Positions 43,888 to 55,314 of a stretch of 64,000 nucleotides of DNA are shown piece by piece. The stretch is from NCBI GenBank assembly GCA_010093605.1, contig MU004200.1, positions 496,001 to 560,000 on the forward strand, in the 5' to 3' direction. The translations under genes were made by a program, and so were the position numbers. Every line of letters starts with the position of its first letter. Within the stretch, counting starts at the first letter, position 1. This DNA comes from Lophium mytilinum (taxonomy: Eukaryota). The notes beneath the pieces were generated by a model. The model did no database searches and was not told the DNA's origin. It saw nothing but the letters and a program-made list of their open reading frames with translations.

Positions 43888-44400
43888 TAGAACGAATGCA
43901 TTCCATCTCCGTCGACCTCTTCTTCATCATCTTTTCCTTCCATCAACATGCTGTAGCATAACCATTGACAGCGGCAATTATCCAAGCCGTATACGAGCCG
44001 AATAAGCTATTCCTTGGTGTCTTCGTCATATCACACACGCGAGCAAACTCGATCTGCAGGCTACGCTCTTCATCGTTAGACAACACGGCACGTTATCGTC
44101 GATCTGCAAGGGCCACGACGCGGGCAGGCCTACCATTTCCGTTGCATTATCGAAGCCATGACGTCTGAGTATCCACGGTCCGATGTTTCTTCGTATTTCC
44201 CCCAACGCTCCTTCTGCGTTGTTGAACACTTTTGCAGGCCTCTTCCTTACTTCTCTTCTTTATCCTAGCTGTTTATTCTTCTTTTAAACTAGAATTATTC
44301 CATTCAGTTGTATTATGGTTTGATTTGAGCCTGTGCTTAATCATATTTCGTTATTTCCACCTTCTGCACCACTCGCTCTGCAGAAGGTTGCGTCTCCAAC

Positions 44401-47400
44401 ATGTCACTGGTTCCCCGCCAAACACAAAGCGGGACAGACGACTTCCTAGATCTGATTGCAGATCCCTTTCAGACCGATGTACACTCCAACATCTTGATCC
44501 CTAAATACATCAGTAATTAACTCCTCATGTCCAGATCCAAGCCACTTCAATATATGCTGCCCTCGTTTGGTCCTTTGCCGTGTCTGGCGCTCTCTTCCTC
44601 CTCTTCTGCTACCTCCGCCCGCGCTCTCCCACGGTTTATGCACCCCGTGCCAAACATGCCGACGAGAAACATGCGCCACCACCCATATCCCGCGCCCCTC
44701 TCGCCTGGTTCTCACCAACCACGAAAATCTCCGAGCATGAACTCGTCGAGAAGATTGGGTTAGATGCTGTCGTCTTCCTCCGCTTCGTGCGGATGCTGCG
44801 TAACATATTCCTTGTACTTACGGTCTTCGGTTGCGGAATTCTGATTCCGGTAAACGTATTGGGCGGGCACGATGTCTACGAGCATTATGGGAACGTGGCA
44901 ACCCTGATGAAGTTCACGCCTCAATATATATTTGGAGGGAAGTTCTGGGCGTTTGTGGCGGTTGCGTATTTGTTCCAGGGGACGGTGTGTGGCTTCGTGT
45001 GGTGGAACTATGGGAAGGTGTGGCAGTTGAGGCGGGCATACTTCAACAGTGTTGACTACAGGGCTAGTCTACATTCGAGGACCCTTCTGGTGGGTTCAAG
45101 TGTTTCTTATGCCATTCAACGTACCGACAATAAATGGACATTGACCCAATACAGCTCACCCAAATCCCAAAAGCCTCCCGAACAGACAGCGGCATCGCCG
45201 ACCTTGTAGAATCTGCAAAGCCCGCTCCTTCCGTTCCTCGAACAGCCATAGCCCGCAATGTCAAAGACCTCCCAAAACTGATAGAGGAGCACGATCACGC
45301 CGTCCAAAAATTCGAAGTCGTTCTTGCGAAATATCTCAAGAACCCGAATCGACTTCCTCTACAACGTCCAACGTGCAAGCCTTCGAAAAAGGACCGGAAG
45401 AAGTACGGGAAGGACAAGGTCGATGCCATTGAGTACCTCACCACCCGCATCAGTGCCCTCGAGACCGCCATCACGGAGATCCGTGAAACTGTCGACAAGC
45501 GCAATCCCATGCCATACGGCTTCGCGTCCTACACGCACATCGAAGACGCACACGCCGTCGCATACGCCTCCCGCAAGAAGGGACCCGGAGGCAGTACTAT
45601 CCGGCTTGCCCCCAAACCGCACGACCTCCTTTGGCAGAACCTCCCGATGACGCCCGCTTCGCGCCGCGCCCGCAAATTTACGGACTCCATCTGGATGATC
45701 GCCCTCACCCTCGTCTTCATCGTGCCCAACGTACTAACCTCCGTTTTCCTCTCCGACTTCTCCCATCTCGGGCTCTTCTGGAAAGGCTTCCAGACCAACC
45801 TTGCCGCGCACCCAACCGGCTGGGGAATTGCACAAGGTATCGCAGCACCCCTCGTACAGACCCTCCTCTATCTCGCCATCCCCACCATCTTCCGCCGCCT
45901 ACACACCCACTCCGGCGACTACTCCAAAACCTCACGCGAGCGGCACGTAACCTCCCGCCTCTACGCCTTCTTCGTCTTCAACAACCTCGTCGTCTTCTCC
46001 CTCTTCGGCTCCTTCTCGCGCTTCGTCGCCACCGTCGTCGCTGCCAAGAACATCTCCACCTGGTCCGCGATCCGCAACGGCCACCTCTTCTCCAACATCA
46101 TGATCTCCCTGTGCAACCTCTCCACCTTCTGGCTCACCTGGCAAATGCAGCGCAACCTCGGCGCCGCCACCGACCTAATCCAAGCCTGGCCGCTCCTCTA
46201 CGGCTCCATCCGCCGACGCTTCTTCGCGCCCACCCCCCGCGAGCTGATCGCCCTCAGCGCGCCCCAGCCGTTCGAGTACGCAGACTACTACAACAACTTC
46301 CTCTTCGTCGCGACCGTCGGGCTGTGCTTCGGCGCGCTGCAGCCGCTCATCCTGCCCATCACGGCCTTCTACCTCGCCGCCGACGGCTGGTTCAAGACGT
46401 ACCTGCTGCAGTACGTGCTAATCACCAAAACCGAGTCCGGCGGCGCCTTCTGGCGCATGCTGGCCAACCGCCTCCTGCTCGCCGTGCTGCTCGCCAACGC
46501 CGTCATCGCGCTCGTCGTCGGCGCACAAGGCATCGGCAGCGTGCAGAGCGTGCGCGGCGGGGGGATGCTGTACGCCATGATTCCCTTGCCGTTCCTGCTA
46601 GCGGGGTTTAAGTGGTACTGTAAGAGGACGTTCGACGTGCGGATGCAGTTCTACACGACGCACTCGTTCGCGGAGCTCGAGGGCGCGGAGGGCGCTGCGG
46701 CGCCTGGTGATGGCAGCGCGGGGGAGAAGAAGAGGAAGAGGAATGATAGGGTCGGCGTCCGCTTCGGCCACCCGGCGCTGTATAGGCGCCTCATGACGCC
46801 CATGGTGCACGCGCGCTCGCGGCACCTGCTGAAGGAGCTGTACGCGCAGCACATCGAGAACGAGGACGGGTTTACGACGTCGCGCGCGGGCACGGGGCTG
46901 GGGTACTCGGACGTGTACATGGCGGAGATGGATCCAGAGCAACTCGGGACTGAAACGGGGAACGCTCCCGCTACGCTGCCGGAAGTCGAGCTCGTCAAAG
47001 AGGAGGACCTTGATTTCGAGAACTTCAAGCGTCGTGCGGAGTTCCGCGAGGAGCATGGCGGCGATGGGGAGCTGTATGGCCGCCCGGACGACCTTGTTTC
47101 GAGACCTGGGACGCCGTCGACCATGACTACTGTGACAGAGTTTGGGGGTCCGGCTCCTAGTGGGGGGTCGACGCGTGCTTCTAGTGTTACGCGTTTCGGG
47201 GATGGTGAGGCGGACGACCGAGGCACGTCGTATGGACGTGGCTATCAGCGGCCAAGAGCTGTTTCCGTGGACGTGACTATCCCAGATTCGAGGCTCGGGT
47301 TGGGTAGGGCGTATGAGGAGGATTCTGAGAGTTTTACGGCACAGAGGCTTTTGGGCGGGGAAGAAGGGATAGCGAGAGTGAGGACAGGGGAGAGTAGTGG

Positions 47401-47458
47401 AATTGGTTTCTTTGGGAGGGAGACGCCTGAAACGAGTTATGATGCATTTAGGAGATAA
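44401..47458 (+). CDS. OSCA/TMEM63 (Csc1/Rsn1, DUF221) osmo/stress-gated cation channel
   Basis: LFCYLRPR...VYAPR, GLDAVVFLRF..M, SLHSRTLL, KVDAIEYL, YGFASY, LAPKPHDLLWQNL, YAFFVFNNL, TESGGAFWR. Introns 44479-44534 and ~45090-45153. Confidence 0.93.
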
Positions 47459-48059
47459 GAGAGATGTGCCCTGAGAGAAGGAATAACGGTGGTATGAGGT
47501 GAAAAACACCTATACATTTGAAAGAGCGAGCGGTATGGTTATTTGGTTTAGCGTGCATTGGGAAGGAGTCAGTAAAAAGTATATTCAGTAGTTTGTCCAA
47601 GAACATAACTCCATAACTCCACGCTGGTAAACTATTGAAGGAAATTCGTGTCGTTCATCCAAGCCTCCAGTTGCCCAAAATACATCTCAGGTTGCGTCCC
47701 ACATGCAGTCTGAGGTCGCTACCATCTCAATGAAGAGGAGACTCGATCCTATAATCATTAGCAATTAACAGTATCTGCCCTGTATACTGTGGATGAGCAG
47801 AGTGTCGGAATTAGAAAGCGAGTCCAACTAGTTGTGAACTCAGCGTCAATCTGTCTTGTCAATTAGGTTGGGAGTGAAGCCCGCGTTGCCCAAGATAAAG
47901 CCCAAGTAAGGCGATCTCGAATGAAACCCAGAGGTCAAGCGCCATTAACGGAGCAATCATGATGTCCAGTGTGAGATTTTGATCAGCTGTCGTAGAAGAG
48001 ACGAGGCGCTGTGTCGTGCAATCTTCGTTGGTATGGTCCTCGTGTTCCGGGTTACCGCA

Positions 48060-49376
48060 TTATATCCACTTCAACATACTCAAGGAAGGCGCCATATCGT
48101 CGCCTTTTTGAGTCTTCCTCCAGTTCAGATATGTCAAGCCTTTGCCAATATCCGGGGCATAGTGCCACCTCTTATGAATGAAGTTCTCCTTATCCAAAGT
48201 GACTAGAGCATCGAACAACGCCTGCATCTCTTGAGCCCATTCGCCCTCATTCCATGCTGTGCTGTCTGCCACAACAACATAGCGCAGCCTACCGAGCCAT
48301 CGCTTGTCAACAAAGTCCCAAAGATCCGCCGGGGTGAAGTAAAAGTCGGACTCGGGGTGGTGACCGCCTGACGTAAGAAGTTTAAGCCTTTGCAAAGGAT
48401 GAGATTTCATCCATAAGTCTGGGCCGCCAGCAGCTTTGCTTGAGGGGAGCGAAGCACCGAAGCCGAAGTCAATGTAGTCGATAGCAAGGACAAGCTCAAC
48501 TAGGTTAGGGCAAATGGACAAGACTTCGTTCAGAGAACCCTCTCGCAGCTGGGGTAAGTTCACGATCTCGAGTTTGATCAGTGGAGCGGAGAGGTTGCCT
48601 AAAAGTTCTAATAAATCTGCAGCAGTGACTTTGGGCGCATGCGAAACGTTAAGTTGTGTCAATGTAGGTGGAAAGTTTTCCGGTTGCTTGTTCAAATCCT
48701 GCATGAACTTCCCGTGGACGCCTCCGGAGAGTTGCAGGTGGCGAAGCTTCGGGGGCCACGTCATAGAAAGCGCGGCGTCCTGATAATCGGCTGAGCAGCG
48801 GGGTAGATACAAGTCGGTGAGTTCGTGCAGTGACCGCACGGTCCGAGCCAAAGCCTGGTAGGAGATAGCTTCGGAGACGAGGGAGAGGTCGAGATAGCGG
48901 AGCTGGCTGCATTTGGAGAGGGATGCCCAGCAGTTGACGGCGAAGGAAGCTTGCGGCGCGACAAAGACTTCGAGGTTCGCTTTAGTACGGCCAAGTAACC
49001 TCGCAGTCACAGACTTGGAGCCTTGGTGAACGATGTGGCGCAAGTTCAACGTCTTGACGAGGCTGGCGAGCTCGCTTTTCCGGATATGGGGCAGTATCGA
49101 GGGACATATCGTACGCACGAACTGCGAGTACCCAGAGCCGATAAGGTAGGGACGCTCGTAGAGGCGCGTGATGCCAATATCATACCACTGGCGAGATACG
49201 AGGCAGAAGTTGTTGATATCGGCCTGTCCCTGTCCTGTTGGTGTTTGCGGGAGATGGGATAGGATCTCTAGGAGAATCTCGTCGGGCAGGTAGCTGGAGA
49301 CGCGTCCGAGGGCGTGGGAGGGGAGAACAGGCACGTCGTATGGAAGAAGAGGTTGAGGATGCTCCGAGCGGAGCAT
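48060..49376 (-). CDS. F-box/leucine-rich repeat protein
   Basis: F-box LPDEILLEILSHL...CLVSRQWY; LRR-like LRYLDLS, LTDLYLPRC, LRHLQLSG. Confidence 0.85.
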   Translation of the reverse strand: MLRSEHPQPLLPYDVPVLPSHALGRVSSYLPDEILLEILSHLPQTPTGQGQADINNFCLVSRQWYDIGITRLYERPYLIGSGYSQFVRTICPSILPHIRKSELASLVKTLNLRHIVHQGSKSVTARLLGRTKANLEVFVAPQASFAVNCWASLSKCSQLRYLDLSLVSEAISYQALARTVRSLHELTDLYLPRCSADYQDAALSMTWPPKLRHLQLSGGVHGKFMQDLNKQPENFPPTLTQLNVSHAPKVTAADLLELLGNLSAPLIKLEIVNLPQLREGSLNEVLSICPNLVELVLAIDYIDFGFGASLPSSKAAGGPDLWMKSHPLQRLKLLTSGGHHPESDFYFTPADLWDFVDKRWLGRLRYVVVADSTAWNEGEWAQEMQALFDALVTLDKENFIHKRWHYAPDIGKGLTYLNWRKTQKGDDMAPSLSMLKWI

Positions 49377-49721
49377 TGTTGGTGGATGTTGGAGGAAGAG
49401 CGTGGGTGTATGTGGGAGAATTGGTGGTGTTTGTCACGGCGCGGGATGCGGTCGATGACAGCTGAAGGTGGGGAAAACGCCAAGGTATCGGTTGCCTGCA
49501 TCATTTACCTAGATTGCAAGATGAAAGGTAAATGATAACAACGTTACGTCCAGTTTCAAGCTTGATAATCTTTACATCTTGTTCCAATTATCTTGATTAC
49601 GCTAGGGCACCTAATACACTGTTATACGGACCGACATCTACATGGTTTATATATCCCCATTGAAGGGCACGGGAGATAGACTGCTACTTTAAGAAGAACG
49701 TCTTTCATTTCCTATGTTACT

Positions 49722-49832
49722 CTCATTACTCCCATTACTCCCACTACTCCCATTACTCCCATTACTCCCACTACTCCCACTACTCCTATTACTCCTATTA
49801 CTCCCATTACTCCTATTACTCCCATTACTCCC
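49722..49832. repeat. 9-bp minisatellite (CCYAYTACT), about 12 copies
   Basis: Run of cccattact / cccactact / cctattact units. Confidence 0.95.
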
Positions 49833-50339
49833 GTTAACAGCTGGAGGATGAAGCCGAAGAAAGCGGCGCCGAGAAGGGAGCTTTCTTTGCTGCTGACTTG
49901 CGTGTGCTCATTGCTTCCCTGAGAGCTAAAGCGGCGGTGGTGGTGGCGGGAGCTGGTTGTATGCTGTTGGAATCATGGGCGAGGGCTTGGGAGAGTGAAA
50001 TGAGCGGAGGTAATTTAATGGAGAGTAATGTTTTAGCTCGGCGACAATGCAAGGGCGAAAGACTTCACTTGCAGTCTTCTAAAATCTGCTTTCACATCGA
50101 GGAGTTGAGGGAGCTGCGTTACAAGTGATCACCTTCTTGGAGAACAACAAAGCTGGCAAGCAGAAAGGCAGTTCAAAAGTATATATATAAAGAGGGGGGA
50201 GCCTCAGTACCAATCACATTTTCTGCTACATTTACAGGCGGCTCGCTGATAGCCAAATAGGAACTCCTTTACCGATGCCGTATGCAGTGTTGGCTATGCG
50301 TGAGCGAAGTGGTCTCTCGAGATGCGGGATAGCGGATAT

Positions 50340-51098
50340 CTAGTACTCCTTCGAAGCCTGCTGGCACGCCTTCTGTATATCCCAAAAACGTCAGCAATCT
50401 ATACTAGGAACAACAACTTCTATGCCTCTAAAACACCCTTGTGAGGGATGTTCCAAGACAAGAAGCGTCTCTCGATAACAGCGGGATATTACTAACCAGC
50501 TGGTCCAAGTACCACCCGCAAATAGTCAAATCGCCGTTGTTCTGATCCATGCACTTGCGGAACGTGCCAACCTCGGTGTTGCACACGCCGGACGACGTGC
50601 TTGAGGTGTTGGCGAAGGTCTGCTCGGCGGGCGCGGTTGCCTGTGCGGCGGGCGCTTCAGCTGGGGCAGAGGATCCGCCGCCGAAGAAGCCGCCTATGGC
50701 GTGGCCGATGCTGGAGCCGACGGCGACACCGCTGTGATGGATATGTTAGCCTGTGGTTCTTTTTCATGACTTCATTGAGGATTCGAAGGATGTGGTTCCC
50801 CTGATTGGACTGCATTGTTGTGATGTCGGATAGAATGTAGGATTGAAGATGTTCATCGAGGAAAACGGGGGATTACGCACGCGGCAGTGCTGGCCATCTG
50901 GCCGAAGAGTCCTGGGCCTTGGTTCGCTGGGGCTTGTGCGGGAGGAGCCTGTGCCTGCTGCGCAGGTGGTGCTGCCGCAGTGCTGGCTTGACGTTGCTGA
51001 GGTTGAGTGGCAGGCCTTGGGGGCGCGGCGGCCGTCGGGCGGCGGGCAGCAGGAGCGCGGGCTCCTCCTCCGGATCGTCCTCCTCCTTGGCGGGGCAT
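50340..51098 (-). CDS. MIX17: Mitochondrial CHCH-domain protein Mix17/Mic17 (CHCHD2/10-like)
   Basis: GPGLFGQMASTAA|GVAVGSSIGHAIGGFFGGG; twin Cx9C (CNTEVGTFRKC, CGWYLDQLKAC); 2 introns. Confidence 0.93.
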
Positions 51099-51860
51099 TT
51101 CGATGAATATGGGTTGATGGGGTTGGAAGTTTCGGGGATGGGAGCAATTGGACGTGGTGGTTGTAAAGTAAAGCTGGAGATGGAGGGCAAAAGAGGTCGC
51201 GGTTCGAGAAGGATCGGAGCTTCGCTTCAGGGATTGCCGAGGGGATATTATTCAGACGGCCCGAGCTCACGGCTTCCTCAAATCACTGAAATCTGTTTGG
51301 TTCAACTGGACGGAAATGTGCCCAGCACTTGAAGCAATAGCTGTTCACCTGTGGCAGTGCTTCTAAAAGGTTCAATGCGAGTGTAACCATCGTTTCTCTC
51401 TCATCTATCATATCTACACCTCCTCCTCACCCTTCGCCCATTTTCTGCGGCCACCGCTTATGCTACACCACAAGCCAGATATACCTATGCAAGCATCCCC
51501 TGCTCGTTGGAAAAGAAGGACCCCAACGCCATGCTGTCATGAACCATTTCATGCCATGCCAAAAACAACCATACCATCCCATAACCATTACCATCTCCCT
51601 GGCACCCCCTCTCCTTTCATCCACCAAGCCGCGAGACTAGCTCGCCAATGTAGAATAAGAACACCGCAGTTCCAAGTCTATTGTGCGCGAAAGAAGGAAA
51701 TAGAGAAGACGAGATGGGCAGTCTAGAAAGTACTAGTTTCCAGAAACCCGTCAACCGGATAGAAAGCATTGAGTCCTCTCTGGCGCTGAAATAACTATGT
51801 GCAACTTTTCAAGGTCGTTTCCAATGCGGGAGGGAGGCATAGCTAGTAAAGCATCTGCCC

Positions 51861-53418
51861 TCACATCCACCAGAAAAAGCCGACGAGGACGCCAACAAGG
51901 CCAATGCCCATTCCCTTAACCTCGCGGCCAGGGCTGCCGCCTCCAGTCTTTGTCGTCGTGGGAGCAGAGGTCGTGGCAGTACCAGCGGCGGCGGTTCCCT
52001 TGGTGATGGAGCTCTGGATTGCAGCATTGAAAGTCTGACCAAGAGTGGGAAGTGCGACACCGCCGTTCACGGCCCAGAAGTCCGAGGTATACGCGGGGCA
52101 CGGCGGAGGAGTGAGGCTGGGCGTGTAAGCACTGGCCTTGACTCCTGTCGGGGACAAAGTCTTCCATTGACCGGAGAGATTGTCAAAGTCAGGGGAGATG
52201 GGAGTAGGCGTGCCAGATCGAGTGTAGCCGTCCGGTGGAGCGCTAACGCCGGCTGGGTCGACCTAGTAACATTAGATAAGGTAATTTGAAATTGGATGGA
52301 AAGGAGGGATAATTTACCTTCTCGCCGTAGGTGACGAGGCCGTATTCGTTAGACTCCTCGATCCACTCGTAGATAATGGCACCTGACCAATAAGGATTCA
52401 TATCGTCGCCGAAGATCGCAGCCTGGTCCTCGAAAGTACGAGGACGAGGCTTGATGCAACCAGTCTCAGAGAAGAAGATGGGGATGTTGTAATCAGTGAC
52501 ATTCTTGGTGAGCTGAGAGTAGCCGGAGACCTGATAGTTAGAGGACGGTCCACACCATTCGTAGGCGTTCAGAGAGAAGAAATCGAGAGCCTCGCTGCTG
52601 TTGTCGCCACAGGCCATGTAGTTTTGGAGCATAGGACGGAGCTCGGAAATGTCAGCTAGAGGAGGTCAGCGCGCGAGTCGGTGTATGAGAATAGGTAAAA
52701 CAGACCAGCTGAGTAACCGATTGGGATATCACGGTACTTCTTGGAGTTGCGATAAGCCTTGGTATCGCGAGCAGCAGCTTTGACGTATGGTGCGGCGACG
52801 GAGCCATTTCCTAGATTGTTGGGTTAGACTTGGCGTTGATTGGCTGTATTGACAGAGACTGACCAGTCGTGAGGACTTCATTCCCCACGAAGAACCCAGC
52901 GGTGTTGTCGAATTGTTGGAACTCGTCAATGACCTTCTCGAAGGCTGACAACTGAGTCGCATTCCATTGAGGAGAGTCCTGCATTGATGCGATTAGCGCT
53001 GCTAATTGAAAATGAACGGGGACGAGCCAGGCGCACCTGATTGATCTGGGTAGTAAAAGTATCCAAGTCAACCCAGAGGTAGATCCCAGCATCCTCAAAG
53101 GTGGACATGCAGTCCTTGTGGTCACCGTTGGGGTCGACGTGGTAGACGCGTATCGAGTTGGCTCCAACCTCCTTCATAAGAGCAGCGTCGAGCTTGCACT
53201 GGGTGTTGTCGATCAAAGGGTCCTCGGGAACAAGCTGGTAGGCAATTCCTGTAGAATTGTCAGAACACGTCACGGTGTATGCGCAGGAAGGTCGTGCCTT
53301 TGAGGAAGAATTGATCGCCATCACTCGTGAAGAACTTGGAGCCCTTGATCGAGATGGTCGCAATGGCATTGACGGTTGAGATAGCGCCGAGCAGGCAGGA
53401 AACGATGGTGGAACGCAT
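51861..53418 (-). CDS. GH72 beta-1,3-glucanosyltransferase, GPI-anchored (Gel/Gas family)
   Basis: Signal peptide; FFLK|GIAYQ, DPL, GANSIRVYHVDP, FFVGNE, NAYEWCG, PIFFSETGC, WSGAIIYEW; hydrophobic GPI tail. First intron is GC-AG. Confidence 0.95.
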
Positions 53419-55314
53419 GATGCGCGTTCTTTGCTGTGATCTGAACGTGTGTGGTGGGCGTTGCGCAGAATGATGCAGCGAGTCGCGGAAGGATGATGGA
53501 TGGAGCGAGAGTATTATTGAGCGAGTGACGAGGACAAGCGCACAGCAGCGGCACCTGGCTCCTTCTGCAGCAAATAAACAGTAGCGAGAGAGGCCTAAGG
53601 TCAGGTCGAGAGTCGTGGAGACGGTGGAAGGAGCACGGGAGGGAGCGTGGGGATATCAAGCTGGGAAGGTTGGTGAAGCTAACCCTGGACCACGAATCCC
53701 TGACAGAATGCACCAGGCCGAATTCCAAGGAAACCTGACGCGCGATGCCGCGTCGGGCGCTGGGGCGGCAGAAGACAGGAAAACTGAGATTGCCATTCAC
53801 CCCAATCTGCGCGATAACGAATTTCTGCTGGACGCGGCGCCACCGCTAACGTCACTACGGCATCCACCGTCGCTCAACTGGCCAATTCGGCGAACAAGCC
53901 TTCTCCGCCGCCAAGCTCTTAGGGCGACATGAAACGCTGAACGACAGGCCATCGAGACCACCTTTCTCGAGGGACTCGCGGCCTTTAGCCATATGCATGG
54001 CGACGATGATCTGGGCTCCCATCTCGACTTCTCAACCACTACCAGCCTCACCACACGCCTCACGCCTCGATGCGACTCCACGGTTGGTGTTCACCCGTTG
54101 GCCTTTGATCAACCAGCTGTATTGGCCCAGGGTCCTCTCCCCGATCTGGATGCCAATTACCGCCGTCTCGGCGTCGACAGATAAGTCGACCTCACCCTGT
54201 CCTGTCAGCGTTCTGCGTTTCAGCATTCTGCAACGTGTACCGAGACGCTGTGCGACCTGTCACTGTTGTACCACTGATTCTGCACGTCGTTCGTCGTCCG
54301 TCGTTTGCATGCCGCCTGCCGAACTGCAGGGTGTCGACATCCGTTCGAAACACCAATCCATCGATATCGCACCACTTCTACCGAAGCGCCATCCGGTAGA
54401 CTGCAACATTAACTTATAAACGTGTGCTACTATAGACTAACCCGCCACTCAATTCGCAGGGAGAACCGCCCTGGTACCTCCTTCCAAAGCACAGTACATA
54501 TATGTGATAGATATATGCGGAATTTGTACCTTTATAGAGTAGAGGCGTGCAGTATACCGAGTCCTCTTCTCATGGCGCGTTGTTTTTTTCAAAAATCGAA
54601 CTCATACTTGAACTCTACGAAACACTTAAAGCTTCTGGCTCAGCAGCCTCAACATATTCATATTGAGATGTATGATACTAAATATGAAGACAGCCAAGCG
54701 ACATCAACATCAAGATCAAAGCGATCTACCAATATTTTAAGCTTAAACCAGGGAATATCGTCGAAGCTCATGCTACCTGATCGGATATTATCACGTGATC
54801 CAGCACGTGCCCAGTTACATCACGAGCTAGCCATAGCAAGGTTTCGAAGCACCAGACTATTCAAAGCGCCTTTTTCCAAAAGCTCTTATATGCATCTAGT
54901 TTTTGCCCAAGCTTTCTTACCTAAGTGAACGATTGTAGGCCTTTTGAATGACTAAAATATTTGTCCCGACTAGTTTCCGAACTTTCTCTCAAACCTCCTA
55001 CAAAGGTATCGCTAACCTTTTAGGGTTAGCGATCTAAGAAGAGGTGATATGAAGTACACAGAGCATAGAGTAACGTCCTCGGTACTCATATTAGCAAACT
55101 AAAACCACCTTTCCAGTTTCATTGACCCCGAACTATGCTGTTCTGCAGCGCAATGGCATTATGTATGCTATCGCTACTACCGCCTAGTCTCCACCGCCCA
55201 TTGTTGCATAGACCCAAGGTGCGTTCAAACGAGAACCGCTAACAACCCATTCCATCTAATAACATAACCAGAAGAAGCTCGCTCTGTCTAACCGCCGGAT
55301 ACTAGGACTAGCAT

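Noticed and set aside
45631..47509. 326-aa and 303-aa alternative-frame ORFs
   Set aside because: Shadows of the high-GC3 OSCA coding sequence, with Arg/Pro-rich nonsense composition.
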